From positions 10,354,001 through 10,418,000 of the forward strand of contig JAYWIR010000001.1 in the NCBI GenBank assembly GCA_036172245.1: 64,000 nt of DNA, written 5' to 3'. Numbering within the stretch: the first letter of the stretch is position 1; each line of letters begins with the position of its first letter. Positions 26,441 through 40,759 of this stretch are shown here, piece after piece. Position numbers and translations under genes: made by a program. Under the pieces are notes generated by a model. The model worked only from the letters and a program-made list of their open reading frames with translations, searched no databases and was not told where the DNA came from. Source of the stretch: Raillietiella orientalis. Lineage: Eukaryota.

Positions 26441-27399
26441 ATCCGTTGTGTCTCCTCTGGTAACACAACTTGAGTATCTAGGAAGGGAGAGCGGAAGATG
26501 GGGAGATCTCCACCTTTTTATTTGTGTTCCTGCATCTGTTAACTTTGAAATGAACAAAATCTGCTCCCATCAGCTTTGAATATCTGCTACGCCATGTGCC
26601 TGGTGGCCAGTGAATGAAACCCGGCATTGCGCTGCCTCCCGGGTTGGTTCACTCCCTCCTCCACGCGAATGCAGAGCAAGATTTACGTGCTGCTGCACCC
26701 CACAGGCGTGCTGGTACTCGAACGTGAAACTACGTTTCTATCCACGTACACGGAAGCCCTTTCTATTCTTTCCATTTCGTAGAGGGTGCAGGGCCATCAG
26801 CAGAGCGAAGGAAAATCGACGCCATGGCGAAGCGCTCGGGCAGAGCCAGGCACGTGCACACACACACCCTTCCGGAACAAAAGGCAAGGGTTACGGCAGC
26901 ACGATGCCCGGGAGAACAAAGGAACATCGATGTTCCTTGCTATGGAAGAAAATGGGGTGGCCCAATCCAGGTCGGTCTGGAAACATCCAAAATGAGCGAT
27001 GCACGCGTTCATCAGCGGAAATTTTCGAAACTTTAGGATGCAGTGGCTCCTGATCGCTTCCGCCTGACGACTCCATCCCCCTCTGCAGAAACGGAAGCAA
27101 AAATTTTGGACGAGGATGCTTTTTATGTTGTTTTCCTTTTTTGGATGCTTTGCCGGGAAACCCAGTTGCGGAAGAAGCAAAAACTCACTTGATGCTAGAG
27201 TCGCATCCTACGAAGATGGGAAGGGATTTCTTTCTGTGCGTTTCCAATTCAGGGATCAGCGAGCAGAACTAAATAGGAGCATAAATCTGGAGAAACGAAA
27301 TCCCAGTTCATCACAGCACACACGGTATTAGGGGTCAACGGGAACGGGCGTTCTCGGAATTATAAGTCCCGTACCGGCGGAAAGTCGATCCACGCTAAT

Positions 27400-27960
27400 G
27401 AGGGGCTCTCGTAGTAACACTTGATTTGAAAGCTGGGATGCGACTGAGTAACCTGCTTGCTGGGGCTTTCGTAAGATGACCGAAACCTGCTCGGCCCTAG
27501 CAAGAAGAGGAATCGACGAAACGATGTCCACGCTCATCTTCAGCTCCAAGATTATTCCTCAACAGCGTGTCTCACCTTGTTTATACACCCAGGTAAGTTC
27601 TCCAAGATATTTCTATGATTCAGAAACTCCACATGCATCAGACGAATGTCCAGGCACGATTGATAAACAAGCGGCCGATCTCTTCGTCGCTGCTGGAAGA
27701 GAAGGCGCCAACTCTTCCCTGAAAGAGCAGTATTCTGTGACGTGAGAGGCGAATGGAGGCGGAGAGGTGCGAGCGCGGGCAATCATCTCGGTAGCCAAAG
27801 GAGACGAGCGTTCAGCAGTTGCCTGAAACGGAGCGAGTAAAACATCTCGTCTTCTCAAAGGTAGAAATGCAACCGGAAGCTGGAATGGTCTGCTCGTTTG
27901 AACGACGTGGTGTGGGTTCGGCTCGTCAGGAACCACACCGTGAATTCTCACGCTCATCCT
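27400..27960 (-). pseudogene. Tc1/mariner-like transposase N-terminal remnant
   Basis: HVVQ..F...P.RR...FQAT...REELAPS...KRSAACLSI pattern; related to the 22290-22625 remnant. Confidence 0.3.
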
Positions 27961-30900
27961 CATTCCCTGCTTGACTGAAAATCAACTCACTGTGAGCTCA
28001 TCGACCGCCATGTGCGCACATGTCCGGCGAAGTCTCAATCGGGTTTAAGTCGAAGAGCGGGAAACTGTAGAAATTAACTGTTGACATGTTCCTCAGAACG
28101 CCTGGCAACTGATTCCCGAGTTGCATCCTCGGAGCCTTGGTCAGAATAAAGTATGCAAACTGGCTCCTGGAAAATGCATTTTTGGTGACTGCGTCTAAGA
28201 AAAGTAGCGGAGGACCGACTGTCCAACTTCTGATTCTTGAAAAATGGCTACGAAAGACAGGGCTAAGTTCCAAAGTCCCATGCGATGACAGGGAATGAAT
28301 CTAAAGTGCTCAAACGCTCACTTTCAACCCCTTTCTTTCGCCATTTCGCTATTCGAGAATTTTCGTCTCCGTGGGATATTCCCCGCATCACGTCCTAGTG
28401 CTGATCTCTTAAGGCTCGAAATCAGCAAACGCTATCCGATTTATTTCTGGGATGAAATTTTTCCCTCCAGGATCCTCTTCGCACATTGCAATCTTGGGAT
28501 ACACTTCCTTCCCCCTCCCCTCCCGTTTCTTGCAGAGATGCTTGCATCTCTTTTGTGGTGCTTTTCTAAAGCGAGGCATTATTCTGCCACCTATGAAAGC
28601 ATTCCCTACTTTCATATCCGTTGAATCCTATTCTGAACACCCCTATCACATCCCTGCCTTCTTCATGAACGGGTCTGCGCTTCGTCGAATTGGACCACCT
28701 GGATTCTAGACGCAGATGAACCGATCTTGCGCTTCTTCCGTGCCTTCCGTTCTCAGAAAGCGCATTGCAGTTCCGCGAGCTTTGGGTCCGAACACCTAAA
28801 AAGAAAAAAAAAATTCCTCTCCAAGGATAGACAGCACCGAGCAGGTTTCCGAAATTCGGACTTCGAGTTTCTTTGACCAGCGCTGAAGTACGGCAAGATA
28901 AATATAGACAGGAATAAATCGTTCTCATGGAATCAACACGAAGGCATCCTAGAATTCCAAGGCTGATGAGTCGGGAGGCAAGGGAGAATGCTTTGGTCCA
29001 GCAAAAGGCTAACGATGGATGAACATGAACGCGCTTTATTTGGAAAGAGGAGATGCGGGAGAACAATCTGTCTCCCACAAGGTTGGGACGCTGGTGAGAT
29101 ACGCAAGTTGAAATTGGGTTTGTGCTTCACCGAAACACTACTTTGGAACTTCTTGTTCCAAGACTCAGATCCAGAATGTTTGCCTAAATCCTCATATATT
29201 TGCATTTGCATGCATGATTCATGCATGCGACCAAGATATTTCGAACGTGGGATGGCTCTTCCGGATTGTCGGTCTTCAGCAAGAAAAATGGTATTTCGTT
29301 ATGTCATTCATTCCTTAATCGCGTGACTATTTCTGGCATTCTTCCCTTCGTTGCATATCCTTCCATTCCGAACTACAGGAGCTTCGCCTACCAGCCAGCC
29401 ACCATCGAGAGCTGCTTATGCAAAATCTCCACTCCAATCCACATTGATTGGTCTGCATGTGAATTCCTCCAGCTAAACTGCGAAGGAACTCTTGGAAAAG
29501 TCCTGCATCACTGAACCCCTGGATTAATTGATCCGCATGAGGTAGCTGCTCTCTTAATTTTGATGACCCCCATATTTTGTAATCTGTTCGAAAATTAGAT
29601 TATAGGTGACGTGCAGATAATAGATTGAGCTCTTAAAGCCTCAAACCTACAGATAAGGCAGCTGAACGCAGTCAGAGATTGCAAGTCAAAGATTGCTGCA
29701 CCCGAATTTTCACACTGATTGGTCACGAGTTCACCAGTTCCATCTTTACGTCATACCAGAACGCAGCCAATGGTAACACGTGTTTGGAAAAGTGGAGGGA
29801 ATACAAAGGACTAGGGCTCTTCCAGACTGAACCCTGTCCAAAAACGACCAGTGTGTTGTACAGTGTGATCAGACTTGGAATGTACGTTTGAGTCATGTTT
29901 GGCAATGAATTCTTAAACTTCATCTGTAACTGATTTTCACAGAACCCTTGTCCCCGACGGAGTCAGAGGATGCCGCACGTACATTTCTCACACGTACCTC
30001 ACCTTTGCGATCTGTTTGATGGCAAAAATTAAATGAAAATCAAGAATCATTCTGGAGCGTAAAGTTTCCTTCTTTTCGGATATATGGAAACCATGGTTTC
30101 GCCGTAGCTTCGTGAATCGTATTTCTCGTGTTTTCAGGAGCTCCAAAGATGCCAAATCTCTAAGTAGCAGGCGATTAGACAATTCCGAGACAGCATTTCT
30201 GAACGGCCATGGGGCTTGAAGAAACCTGCCACCTTCCAAGATTGTGTCCTTGACGTCAGCGATGTTAGCAGCGACTTTCCAAGTCAGACAGATTTAGTTT
30301 CCATCAAAAGTGGTGGCTGGACTTTGTGACAAAACGGCCTCGGGGGAAAAAACACACCTGACACGAATGACATGTGAAAGCTTCTTTCGGAGTGTGAAAA
30401 AGGCACGTGATGTTCGCATTGGGGCTCTCTTGAATTTACACGGAGCATCCCAAACCTACCCAGATGGCGGCATTCCTCTCCAGTGACGCATCGCGCCATG
30501 CAGGGGCGTTCCTCCACAGGAATCCACAAAAGGGAAATCCATTTCAAAGAACGTGGCGCTGATCTCTTGACCGAGTAGCGCACGAGAAATCTATGGAGCT
30601 CTGCAGCCGAAGTTGATTGTACAGATCGGAAAATTGCGCTTACGATGCTCTCTGTAACCACATGAGATCAGAACTCATTTTTCTGCCTTTCGGGAATGAG
30701 ATTGCCCTGAGTTGTGGGAAAGCTTGTTCGCCTCATTGGCATCGGAACTTTTTCTTCCGTCACTTTTCCTGCTGGCCTACTTGATGCAATTCCTTAGCTT
30801 CCATCAATCTCGTATTCGGCTGATAGATAATGTCAACAGAAACAAACTAAGTGGATTGTCTCCATGGAGATTCAGTCGCCGGTCGTTCTGACAGGGATCT

Positions 30901-32064
30901 TAGCATGGTTCGGAGGGAACTGCTCTTTTTGGAGTTCCAGAGCAAGACCCTGTGTGGTTACTGCCTTGGAGTTTCAGACACATCCAATGACCACTTGTAA
31001 ATGCATGCAATCATTGGAAAGCAGAAATGGAAAATTGCTGCGAGGGAATGAATTTGGGAAGATAAATTCATCACGGAACAACGTTCTGGACAATGGTTGC
31101 CCGGATAAATCTACATCTATTGGGAGAAGAAGAAGGAAAAAAAAAAAGTATTTCCTACCACTTAATCAAATTAGCTAATAAACGGGTTGCTGTTTCTCGG
31201 AATGAAATTCGGAAATAGCTCCAGGTTCGTAAATAAAAGGGTAAACTCATCTTCTCAGCTCATTTGATCACACGGCAGCCAAGAAGTCGGTGAAACGAAA
31301 ACGGAGGACCTGGAGTTCAGGGACGCGCGGGCGCGTCTAGTGCTGATTTTATGCCTCACGGATGCTGATTTCATTGCTGAAGAGGAAGTGCAGAAAGCAA
31401 CCCGACCAGCCAAAGAATGGAGCAAAATCCACCAGAGGAAACAAATCTATGCGTCGTTGAGGAAAGGGCTCTTTGGCGCTCCGTAGGCAGGCCGAGAGTC
31501 ATTTGATGTGAGATTGGAAGTCGGTTGACAGTCCGTTTGTTGATACGCTGGATGAAATTTCCATATTCAGGGGTTGATGATGGACCGATCGAAATGTAGT
31601 AATCGGCATGGTTTCCTATTTTTGCTCTCGTGAATTCACGGAACTTCAAGATAACTATGAACCCGGAAGCCCTTTCCAAGAGTGACATTCTTGGTGCTCT
31701 GATTGTAGCCGAAGGACCTCTCACTCGAATGGAAAGTCCTGTACACCTGAAGAAGATGTACACCTGGAGAGGATCGAATTGGGTAGTTGCTCCGCTTTTG
31801 TAGACATTCGCACGGTACGCACGAGGAGAAAAGAGCACTGCGCACACCACACAAAAATGGTGATTTTCCGATCGTAAGCTATGGGAGAGAGAAATTTCCA
31901 TGGAAACGGGAATTAGGTTCCGTTCCACTTCCATCTGATCAGCGTGAGCTCTTAGAAAATGAAGACCGGAAAGTGGAAGAGAAGCATGTCTGACTCTTGA
32001 AGGAAACTTCTTTATCAGTTCTTCAGCACTCCTTCACGAGCTGCTGATTCATTTTCGTATCATT

Positions 32065-32795
32065 TGGGGACGCCTGAGGTCCACCAGTGAGTTACGATGA
32101 GTTGCAGGTTCGAATCCCGCCCGGAGAAGGATCGACTCCAGAGAAATGAGCGCGCCGTGGATTTCGACTTTTTCCCCGCAGGATGGCGCTGGTTGTCCTA
32201 TTCGGGTGTGATGGCACCCGTAGAAGCAGCAGGAAACCGGATGCCCCTCTGGCTGGCCGGGGCCAGAAGCTGACCCTCCGGGGTCCTTCCAGAAACCAAG
32301 GAGCGCTGGTTCCTTTCGGGGTTCCTCCCCTTTCGTTGTAAAAATAGAGCCACCCCATGGTACCATCGCATACAATGGAGCTGGCTGATACCTATCCAGA
32401 ATGTCGAGAAGAACACTGCTCCCTTTGGAGAGCGCCTTCCGAATAAATTGAGGAGCGTTACTTGAGAATTCTCTTCAGAGGAGGAAACAAGGAGTGGGTC
32501 CTTTCCTGGGGGTTCCTCCACAGAACAAATTCCAGGAGCGGATTCCTTCTGGGCTCCCTTGGGAGAAGAAATCATGGATTGACCCCCTTCTGGAGAGTCC
32601 CTCCGAAGAAAATGAGGAAGAGTTTCCCTTCGGAGCTCGCTCCCCGAAGTAAGAGGAACGGACTCTTTCCTCTGGAGCTTTGCTGTTTGCCCAGGGGACT
32701 ACCCCCTAACTTGAACAATCACACGCACCCTCGGGTGGCTTCGTGAGCTCTTAGGCGAACGGTTCTTGAGGACCCAGAGAACCGAAAAAGGGGAA
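32065..32795 (+). mobile_element. SINE-like copy S5, near full length and uninterrupted
   Basis: Perfect B-box GGTTCGAATCC at 32107-32117; colinear with the reverse complement of S3; tail aggcgaacggttc...gaaccgaaaaa. Confidence 0.8.
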
Positions 32796-33249
32796 GTTGG
32801 AGCTGGAGGCGAACCGCTCCCTATAAACGCGGTTGTTTACGTGTGCATCGGGGAACTGGAAGAGAAAAGAGAAATGGCTGCGTGGTGCTGGCTCAAAACG
32901 AACTCATTCCGTGAGTCGCGTTCGGCTGGAGCGGTGCCTTCCGGCAGCCACTTGCACGACACAGCAGGAATCGCAGGATCGCTATCATCGCGTTCAGATC
33001 TGCAGAGAAGTCTCGGAGGCTGCGTCCACTGCAGCCTTCGCGAGGAAAGGTCGCGCTGGTTTGTGAAGGACGTCCCAGATAAAAGGAATTTTTCGTCAGA
33101 AGGGATCGAGAACCGCTCGTCCCGCCCCGTGGGCACCGTTCCATCCAGCCCTGGAACCGGGCGGGAGAAACTGCCTCGGAAGATTCGAGACGGCTGAAGG
33201 AAACCGGCTGCTGGATGCTTCGACTGCTTTTTGCTTTGTTCGAATCCTG

Positions 33250-34310
33250 CCGATCACAATCCCGAAGGATCATCAAAAATAAACGCAGGTGCTTATTGTA
33301 CATACTTCATTATACAAATTTTTTTTATACTCCAAGTTATTCGTATTCATTAACAGCTATATTTATGAAGATTCAGTGGCATATATTTTATTAATAAAAT
33401 TACCGAGTTGGTAGCATTGTTGATATATATATTGAAGATTATAGAAAATAAGTATACATGCTCATTATATATATGAATATTTATAGGAGATATGAATACG
33501 TATAAATACAGACATATATGTGGCGTATATATAAATATGTGCATACGTATAGAGAAATATGTATATATATTTACATACATATATGTATATATGTATTTAT
33601 ATTTATACAGGTACGTTTGGATATATATATATATAAGAAATACATATTTAATGAATACCTGGATGTCGAATTATAATGAATACATGAATAGGAAATTTTC
33701 TTTTTTGTTTACTTGATTTGTTTGCAATTTTATTTTTTTCGGGCATCTTCGTCACAATTATTTTTTATTTTCAAAAATTCGATATCTACCTATTCATTTA
33801 ATATACATAAATACATAAATGAATATATATAATAAGCACTGTATTTATTTTTTATAATCTTCGTGATGTGCATTAATCCATATATTAATCTTTATCTAAA
33901 TATGTATTCTATATAATTTTTAAGATACACATCCACAGTATAATTAACAACTTCTTAATTTAATCAATAAAATCCACATGAATAAATTTTAATAAATACA
34001 ACTGTTTCAATAATGTTGCTGATAATGATGTGTATGTTGATAAATAGGAGCAACTATGCACATTAAAATCAATTTGTATAGTGAAGCGTGTACAATAAGC
34101 ACCCGCGTTTATTTTTTTTTCGGGATTTTGATCGTTTGAATAATTTGATTAATGAAATATATTCCACTGAGTCTTAATAAACATAGCTGTTAACAATATG
34201 TATGTTCATGAATACGGATAACTTTGTATATTAAAATAAATTTGCATGGCCGTCTGTGTAGAATGAGGAAACGTGTTTATTTCTTATGATCCTTCGGGAT
34301 TCTGATGGCC
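33250..34310. repeat. AT-rich foldback-like inverted array of ~175-bp units
   Basis: 33250-33405 is an imperfect inverted repeat of 34140-34310, with further unit copies at ~33432 (+) and ~33820, 33960-34135 (-). Confidence 0.8.
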
Positions 34311-37300
34311 ATCTACTTTTCTTCGGTCGTCTTCCTCACGTAAGATCTTGCCACTAGTCCTCGTTGCGAGCACAAAAGGATTGCGGGATACGCTCCCTGG
34401 CTGTCCCGTTCCGGGAGCACAGATGTGATCCCTATTCTCGCAATTCAGGAACTGTTCCATCCTGTTGTGTGAGGGAATTTTTCTGTTGCTCTGAACGGTC
34501 CCTTTGCAGAAATCAAACGGGAACTCTCGGTCGTTCACGGAGGCTCCCTGCGGCCCTTCCTCCTTCCAATGGAAGAGACATTTCTGGACCCCGCACTGTA
34601 AACCTCGGCCTTTCTTTCTCTTGGCGCGTATACCGCTATCTGCGTTCCGTTTGCTTCAGGAAGAGGAGACGTGTCCTCTATCAGCTTTGAAGAAAAAAGT
34701 AGAAGACCACCGGGAGTAGTCTAAAGCAATGGAGCAACGGAAGCTGAGATCCGTGGCTGGAAATGATACGGCAAGTGTGAAAGAGGTGTAGACGAGGAAG
34801 CTTTTGGGAGCAAAGGATTTCATGCAATCAACTTCAAATGGAAAATAGAAGACATGGAAACGAAGATTGGCGGTGATTTGGATAATCGGCAACCGCGTGG
34901 CGGCAGGGTACATCAGCGCGTCCAGATTCATTCGTGATACTCAGTCGAATCATAAGATGAATTTCCCAATCAAAGAAGAAAGTGAATGTCTTCTCTCCCG
35001 TATTCTAATTAAGGTGCCCATACCTAGCAGGGAAAGGAATTCTCTGTTTGAACCAGGACAGATCCTTGAAATGGCACACTCCCGAACAACTTTGGGTTCT
35101 TCTAATATGCATGCGTTCTGAGCAGCAGGCATCTTTAGGGTCCATTTATGGATGCTGCAATATTCGGGAATCCCTCCAATATAATGATCCATTTTTTAAT
35201 TGCAGGGAGCATTCATATAGCTCAGAACGAAAGGATTACATGAGCTCTGGATTCACATTGCTATAGCAAATGTGGTTAGCGGTAAGAAGGATTTCTTCAA
35301 AATGTGGTGGCCAGTCTTGTTCACCTTCTAGTCTCACGTGCTCCATCATCTTTTGATTCGTGGTTGCTTTAGCCGCATGCTCTTCTTCTGGAAACGGAGT
35401 TTCATTTGGATCCGTCCATCAGAGCGTTTAGGTTGCACACGTCCGTTCCGATGTCTCCTTCGCTGAGAGATGCTCGTAACGATGGCATCCACTAAAATTC
35501 CTTTTTTTTTTTTGCCTGTCGGACAGTACGAAATTTTTTTTGAGCAGAAAATTAGGTGTGTATTCAAGAGGTAGATTCATTATGGAAGTCCGCTTTCGAT
35601 GCACTCTACACGTCAAATTCCATTTCAGATCTCATATTCGAAGAATCTAAATTTCCAGATGCATTGCTTTCAAGGAAGGTGAACAGCTAATGGCAAATGA
35701 CTGCTCCGTAAAATAACTACTGAAACTCTTGATTTTCTTGTCTTCTGAAATTCTTACACCCTTTTATGTGACAGATCAGATGATGAAGTTCATAAAGACC
35801 TCATTTATGAGCATGTGCCTAAGAAATTGACACACGGATGTTGATTGCTCGAAAAAACTGCTCCATGGAAGTAAATCCCAGCTGAGACGAGAACCAACTA
35901 TTTGCATCACAGGCAAAAGAGAGACTGAGATTACGACTCTTGCTGAAACCACCACAGTCCTTCCCCGGGTATCTCAGCACGCAGCTTCGCTATTCAGCAA
36001 TGAATGGGGGTCTACCAACACAGTGCCAGCAGCGCGACACAGCAATACCAATTGTATATGGTATCACGCCCCTGTTGTGTAGCCGTTTAGCTTTGTCTGT
36101 ACAGGAGCTGTTTTTTTATTATGTCAATCACAATAATCTCTGTTTGTTATGAGTGCATTAATGTCTCCTCGCAGAAACTCTGTATCATTCGAGGAAGAGG
36201 TTATTCTCAGCATCGTTCTCAGTGCCTATACTCCGGGAATCTGCTGCATCTGAAGCTCAAAGGAAACTTCAACCTTTCTTGCTCAAATGAGCCTCTACAT
36301 CCTTTCACATTTGGAGCACTTCGCCATGTTGGATGCTAAACTTTCTGGCACTTCACACATGAAGACCCAATGCAAAATGGAAAAACTGAAATCTGTTGTA
36401 AGGAGAACGAGCTGCGCATTGGGCCACTTCAGGAGGATTGCTTCAGATGACATGCCGAGAGAACTGGCCTGGCAACCGAATCATCGGAGATGCTTTCCTT
36501 GACCGCGCAACGACAAAAGGGTTATTTGCGCTATTTTCTATGAGTTCAGTTGAAATTTCCCGCAAATCTGAAGCTCTGGTGTTTGGTAGGCACAGCAAGT
36601 AAGAAGCAAATTCTTCTGTACAGGTAAACATGTCGAAGAAACCAAGTGTGCGGCGAATACCGAATACCAAAGCGGAACTGAATGTCTGAAAAAGAACGAA
36701 ATCCACCTGATCTGAAACTCATAGACTAATTTGGGAGGATTCAAAGAGCCGACCCTCATTGAAGACGGGAGGAAGCAGTTTTGAATCTTTGAGAAGGTTT
36801 CGTGTGACTGATCATGTGCTGATCAAATTGACAAGGCGCTCTTCAGCTGCATAGCTTAACTCTAACGCAGTGATCTTCGTCAGCAGTGATCCATTAGAAC
36901 TCTTTGGCTGGGGACATGGGATGGAAGAATCATTTTCTCAGTTTTCTTTCCGGATGCATTTCGGGGAAGAAATTCCAATTTTTGTATTCATTAAAAGTGA
37001 GAACATCAGTTCTGATGCATTCAGTGTATCGGAATGAGTTCCATGTAATCCATCTGCCGTTTGGCTTTCCTGCTCACTTCTAAAACCCCATAAGAATCGA
37101 AAGCCGACACTGATGAACACTTTGCGCTGGTGGTCAGCTTTGAATCACGTGGGTGTTTGATTCCAAAGCTCCATCTACTAAATGTCTTTACCAAGATCTT
37201 CCTGCCATTTTGCGTTTCGAAACACAACAGCTTTCTTTCCTGAAAACGGTGGTAATCTTTTCCTTGCGAGCCATCCAGAAGCGACATCCTTTTTTCCACT

Positions 37301-39399
37301 CAGGTGATTGGTGATTTCCATGAAACACCCGAACTGCAGGATTTCGTCACACCTTGCTTGAAATGCAAGGCGTGACGTCACTAGGCTGGTCAGAGGTCGC
37401 TTCCGTTCTACAGGAACTGTAATGACCCTCGTTGCTGAATGTGGAGCATCCCCGATGGCATTGTTTCATCAATACGATGACATGATGGCTAACTGACCGA
37501 ACTGTAGCAGCAAGGGCTACATGACGAACTGACTGAGCAGTTATCGTTCGTGGCACATGCAATATGGAAATTTGAGGAAGCATTCGAATACTAACTGCCT
37601 GCAAACAACATGCGTTCTTGTGCTAAGTCACAGCTGCGTTGTCCAGCGGCCATTTTCATCAGGACGTCTTTGTATGTTGTAGTCCTCTTACTCGAGCACC
37701 ATCACATTTCGAAACCAGTACTGAGGATCAAGCAGGAAAGTTGAAACCAAAACTCTATCGCCAGTTCCCGCATGATTTCGCAAATGGAAAGGAGTGATCC
37801 AGTATGACTGCTTTGCGTGATAGTAACGCAACTTCATTGATAGGAAAACAGAAGAATCTTCGGATGTCACTTCTTTCGTTTGCATTCGACAACTTGTTCC
37901 AGGTAACCACTACTTCGTCACAAGTGAAGATTCTCAAATTCGAATTGATCCCTGCGGCGGCAGTCAGCTGTCAACCATGAAGTCTGTGAGCACGAACTTC
38001 CAGAAAGGAGACTGGATCGTTTTCCAATGGTGATTTATCGGAGGTTGGTTATTAAATGCAAGTCCACTTGAGTTTATTCAACTCGTGGCTTCGGTCTGCC
38101 AAAATCTCGAATTCAAAGTACACTCGGCAAGATGAGCTTGTACCATATTTCCCATTGTACGAGATAAAAGAGTGCGATGCAAAGATTCCTAGACAAACAG
38201 TGAATCCCATTCGATTTGTATTCCTCAAATTGTGTAGCAGTCATCGTTCATTGCTTGGAATAATCACCGACTTTAAATCTGCAGTTCTTATGCTTCAAAT
38301 ACTTATATAGAGCTTTCTCCATGCTGGGTTAAGTGGCATGGCTTTAAGCTGGCAAGTTGTTGAAGAAGTTGGTCCTTTGCACGGTCGGAATGCAGCACCT
38401 CCCACAAATAATCAGCTCTTGCCAGAATGTAGTGAAAAACATGATCCGAAACTAGAATAATTTTCAATCATCCAAAGAACCAGTTGCTTCGATCACTAAT
38501 GACATTGCTTACAGTGCTGTGACCTCGACGACTCGAGTGAAGACTCAGTAGCTATCGAAGATGTGCTTGCTGTTCCTTTAATTGGAAGTGTGCTTGAAGA
38601 CGTGCATATCTGGAATCACCCCAAGAGAAAACTGATGCCTGAATCACATAGTAAGAGCGTAGGAATCGGTAAGCGTGTCGTTTCTCAGACGGAAGGAAGC
38701 AGGGAAGATTACCAAATAAAAAGTGGAAGACGTAAGTGACTAGCAAATAAAATGCCAGTCACGTTCTCACTGGAAGTTGCAAATGACAGGAGAGAAATAA
38801 AAAAAATTCAGCGTAGAAAAAAAAAAAAAGAATGCTTTTTCCAGAGGACTTTCTTCAAATTCAGTCCTCTTGCGAATTTTTTTGTTGTTTTTTCGTATCG
38901 TGTGGAACCTGGTTTCACAGCATTAATAGGCAGTTGGTAGTTCTTTTGAATTCTTAACCACTAGTGGTCAGATGATGAGCAACCAACCTGCCAGCAGACA
39001 AGGTCTACTTTGGTAAGGTAAGAGGAAAAGGAAAAAAATTACACAATAACTATTTACATGATGCTTTGGGAAGGGGTGAAGAGGCATCTCTTTAGTATCT
39101 GAGGGCATCACAGTTGATTTCTCTTGCGTCTTCGGCATCTTCTGAAGGTTGGCTATCAATTCCTTTTCTCATCTCACCAGTAGCACCATCTTGTTGGTTT
39201 TCTTAAGAAAAGTCCATAATCTAGGTGGCGTTTCCGATTCTCCCTCGACTTTCAGCTCAGACGTGTCGGGGTCACGACCAGGTCCAAAAACTGGAGTGCA
39301 TATCAGCAGGAGGTGGTTCTAACCAGAGCTTCCACTTTGAAGTTCCTCTAGGTTCACCTAGAGGAGCTCCCTCCCAATGATGACTGCTGTGCCATCCCT

Positions 39400-40297
39400 T
39401 AATAGATGCACTGCAGGACAGGACAAAGTGGCCACCAATCCCTGAGCCGCAGCGCTGTCTATCCAATAGGAGAGCAGCTACAGTCGCCCACCGGTGGGAT
39501 AGCAATTCTTCTGCACCATTGCAGGAGCTGCCAAATTCCCGGACCACTTAAGCATGATCGAGTTGAAGGACGGCTTTACTCCTCGTTTCCAAGTAAAGTG
39601 ACTCCTTCCGTGGAGGGAGTAGATGAGCGTCGTTCCGGAAGAACTCTTTGTTCCTCCTTTCTGCACGAACACTACGGTGTTCCCGTTAAGATGGAAACAG
39701 AATGTTTCGCAGTTTCTGAACAGGGGTTTCCAGCGCAACCGGAGTGGACAACTGGTTTCTGGGGAGTTGCGTCGTTAACTTGTTAAAGCTGCAGGACTAT
39801 TGAATCGCTTCCGCACCTCCTATTGGACTGCGGAACCCTTGAAGAGCTTTGGCTTCAGCATCCTCCACAATGAGGACACTACCAACGACTTGCCGCGGCG
39901 ATTTTTCGCGAAAAGAAGGGTCACGACAGGAACACTCATTGCGACGATGTGCTGCGTCCGTGCCCTCGTCACAAGCCTCCATGTCTTGGAGTCTCGGGCG
40001 CAGCAGAGGGAGCTTCACCTTCGTGGCAGCCACCTACGCGAGGGCGGCACCTGGAAGAAGGAGTTGAGCTGGAGATCGCCGGCATTCCGCACCAGTCCCG
40101 AGAGGAAGGGAGCGGATAGCACCAAGGAACCCTGTCTTCATCCTCCCTCTTATTTATGTGTTTATTGTCCTCTCTCCTCCTACTCCGGACCGTTCGAGTA
40201 ACGGATCCGCGTGCCGGTGAACTATCTCTTTGAACGTCTTTTTGTCTCCAGGTGGGAAACGCGTTCCCAACTTGCCTGTTCTTTGTGGATGTACGCT
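39400..40297 (+). mobile_element. L1/Tx1-type 3' fragment
   Basis: C*SCRTIESLPHLLLDCGTLEELW zinc finger; shared 3' UTR motif at ~40210. Confidence 0.7.
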
Positions 40298-40759
40298 CCG
40301 GCGTATGCTCCTGAAAAACCATCCCACAAAAGCAGCAGAGTGTTGCGTCCCCCTTCGCGGGCGACCCTGCATTAGGCGCACACAAAGGCGCATGCGCAGT
40401 GGTAGTCACGTTTGTCTTGCGTCCTATTTTGAGGAAGGCGAAAATTTCTAAAGGCGAAGACCAGTTTATTCAGATCCCTGAACTCTGCTGTCAGGATTTT
40501 GAGCTACTATTTGTTTGAGGCAACAGAAAGATCCCGACAAATAAGAAACCGCGAAGAGATCGCAAACCTGAAATTCTTTCTCTATTGCCCAGAGAATAGA
40601 GAGGTGCGTATTCAGCATTCCTGAACATCCGATAGAAGGAATTCACTTTCAGGAAAAAAAATGAAAATGAGGTCCATCTTCAGCATTCTCTGCATCAGCT
40701 CATTGCAAAAGATGAAGATTGAAAGCAGAGAAAATAGTGTAAGTGCACTGAATGCCTTT

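Noticed and set aside
34098-34114. Foldback module contains aataaacgc-gggtg, like the LINE-terminal motif without its hairpin
   Set aside because: Too short and AT-rich to distinguish from chance.
36900-37400. Possible DNA transposase remnant (LWGFRSEQE) on the minus strand
   Set aside because: Single short motif; too weak without BLASTX.
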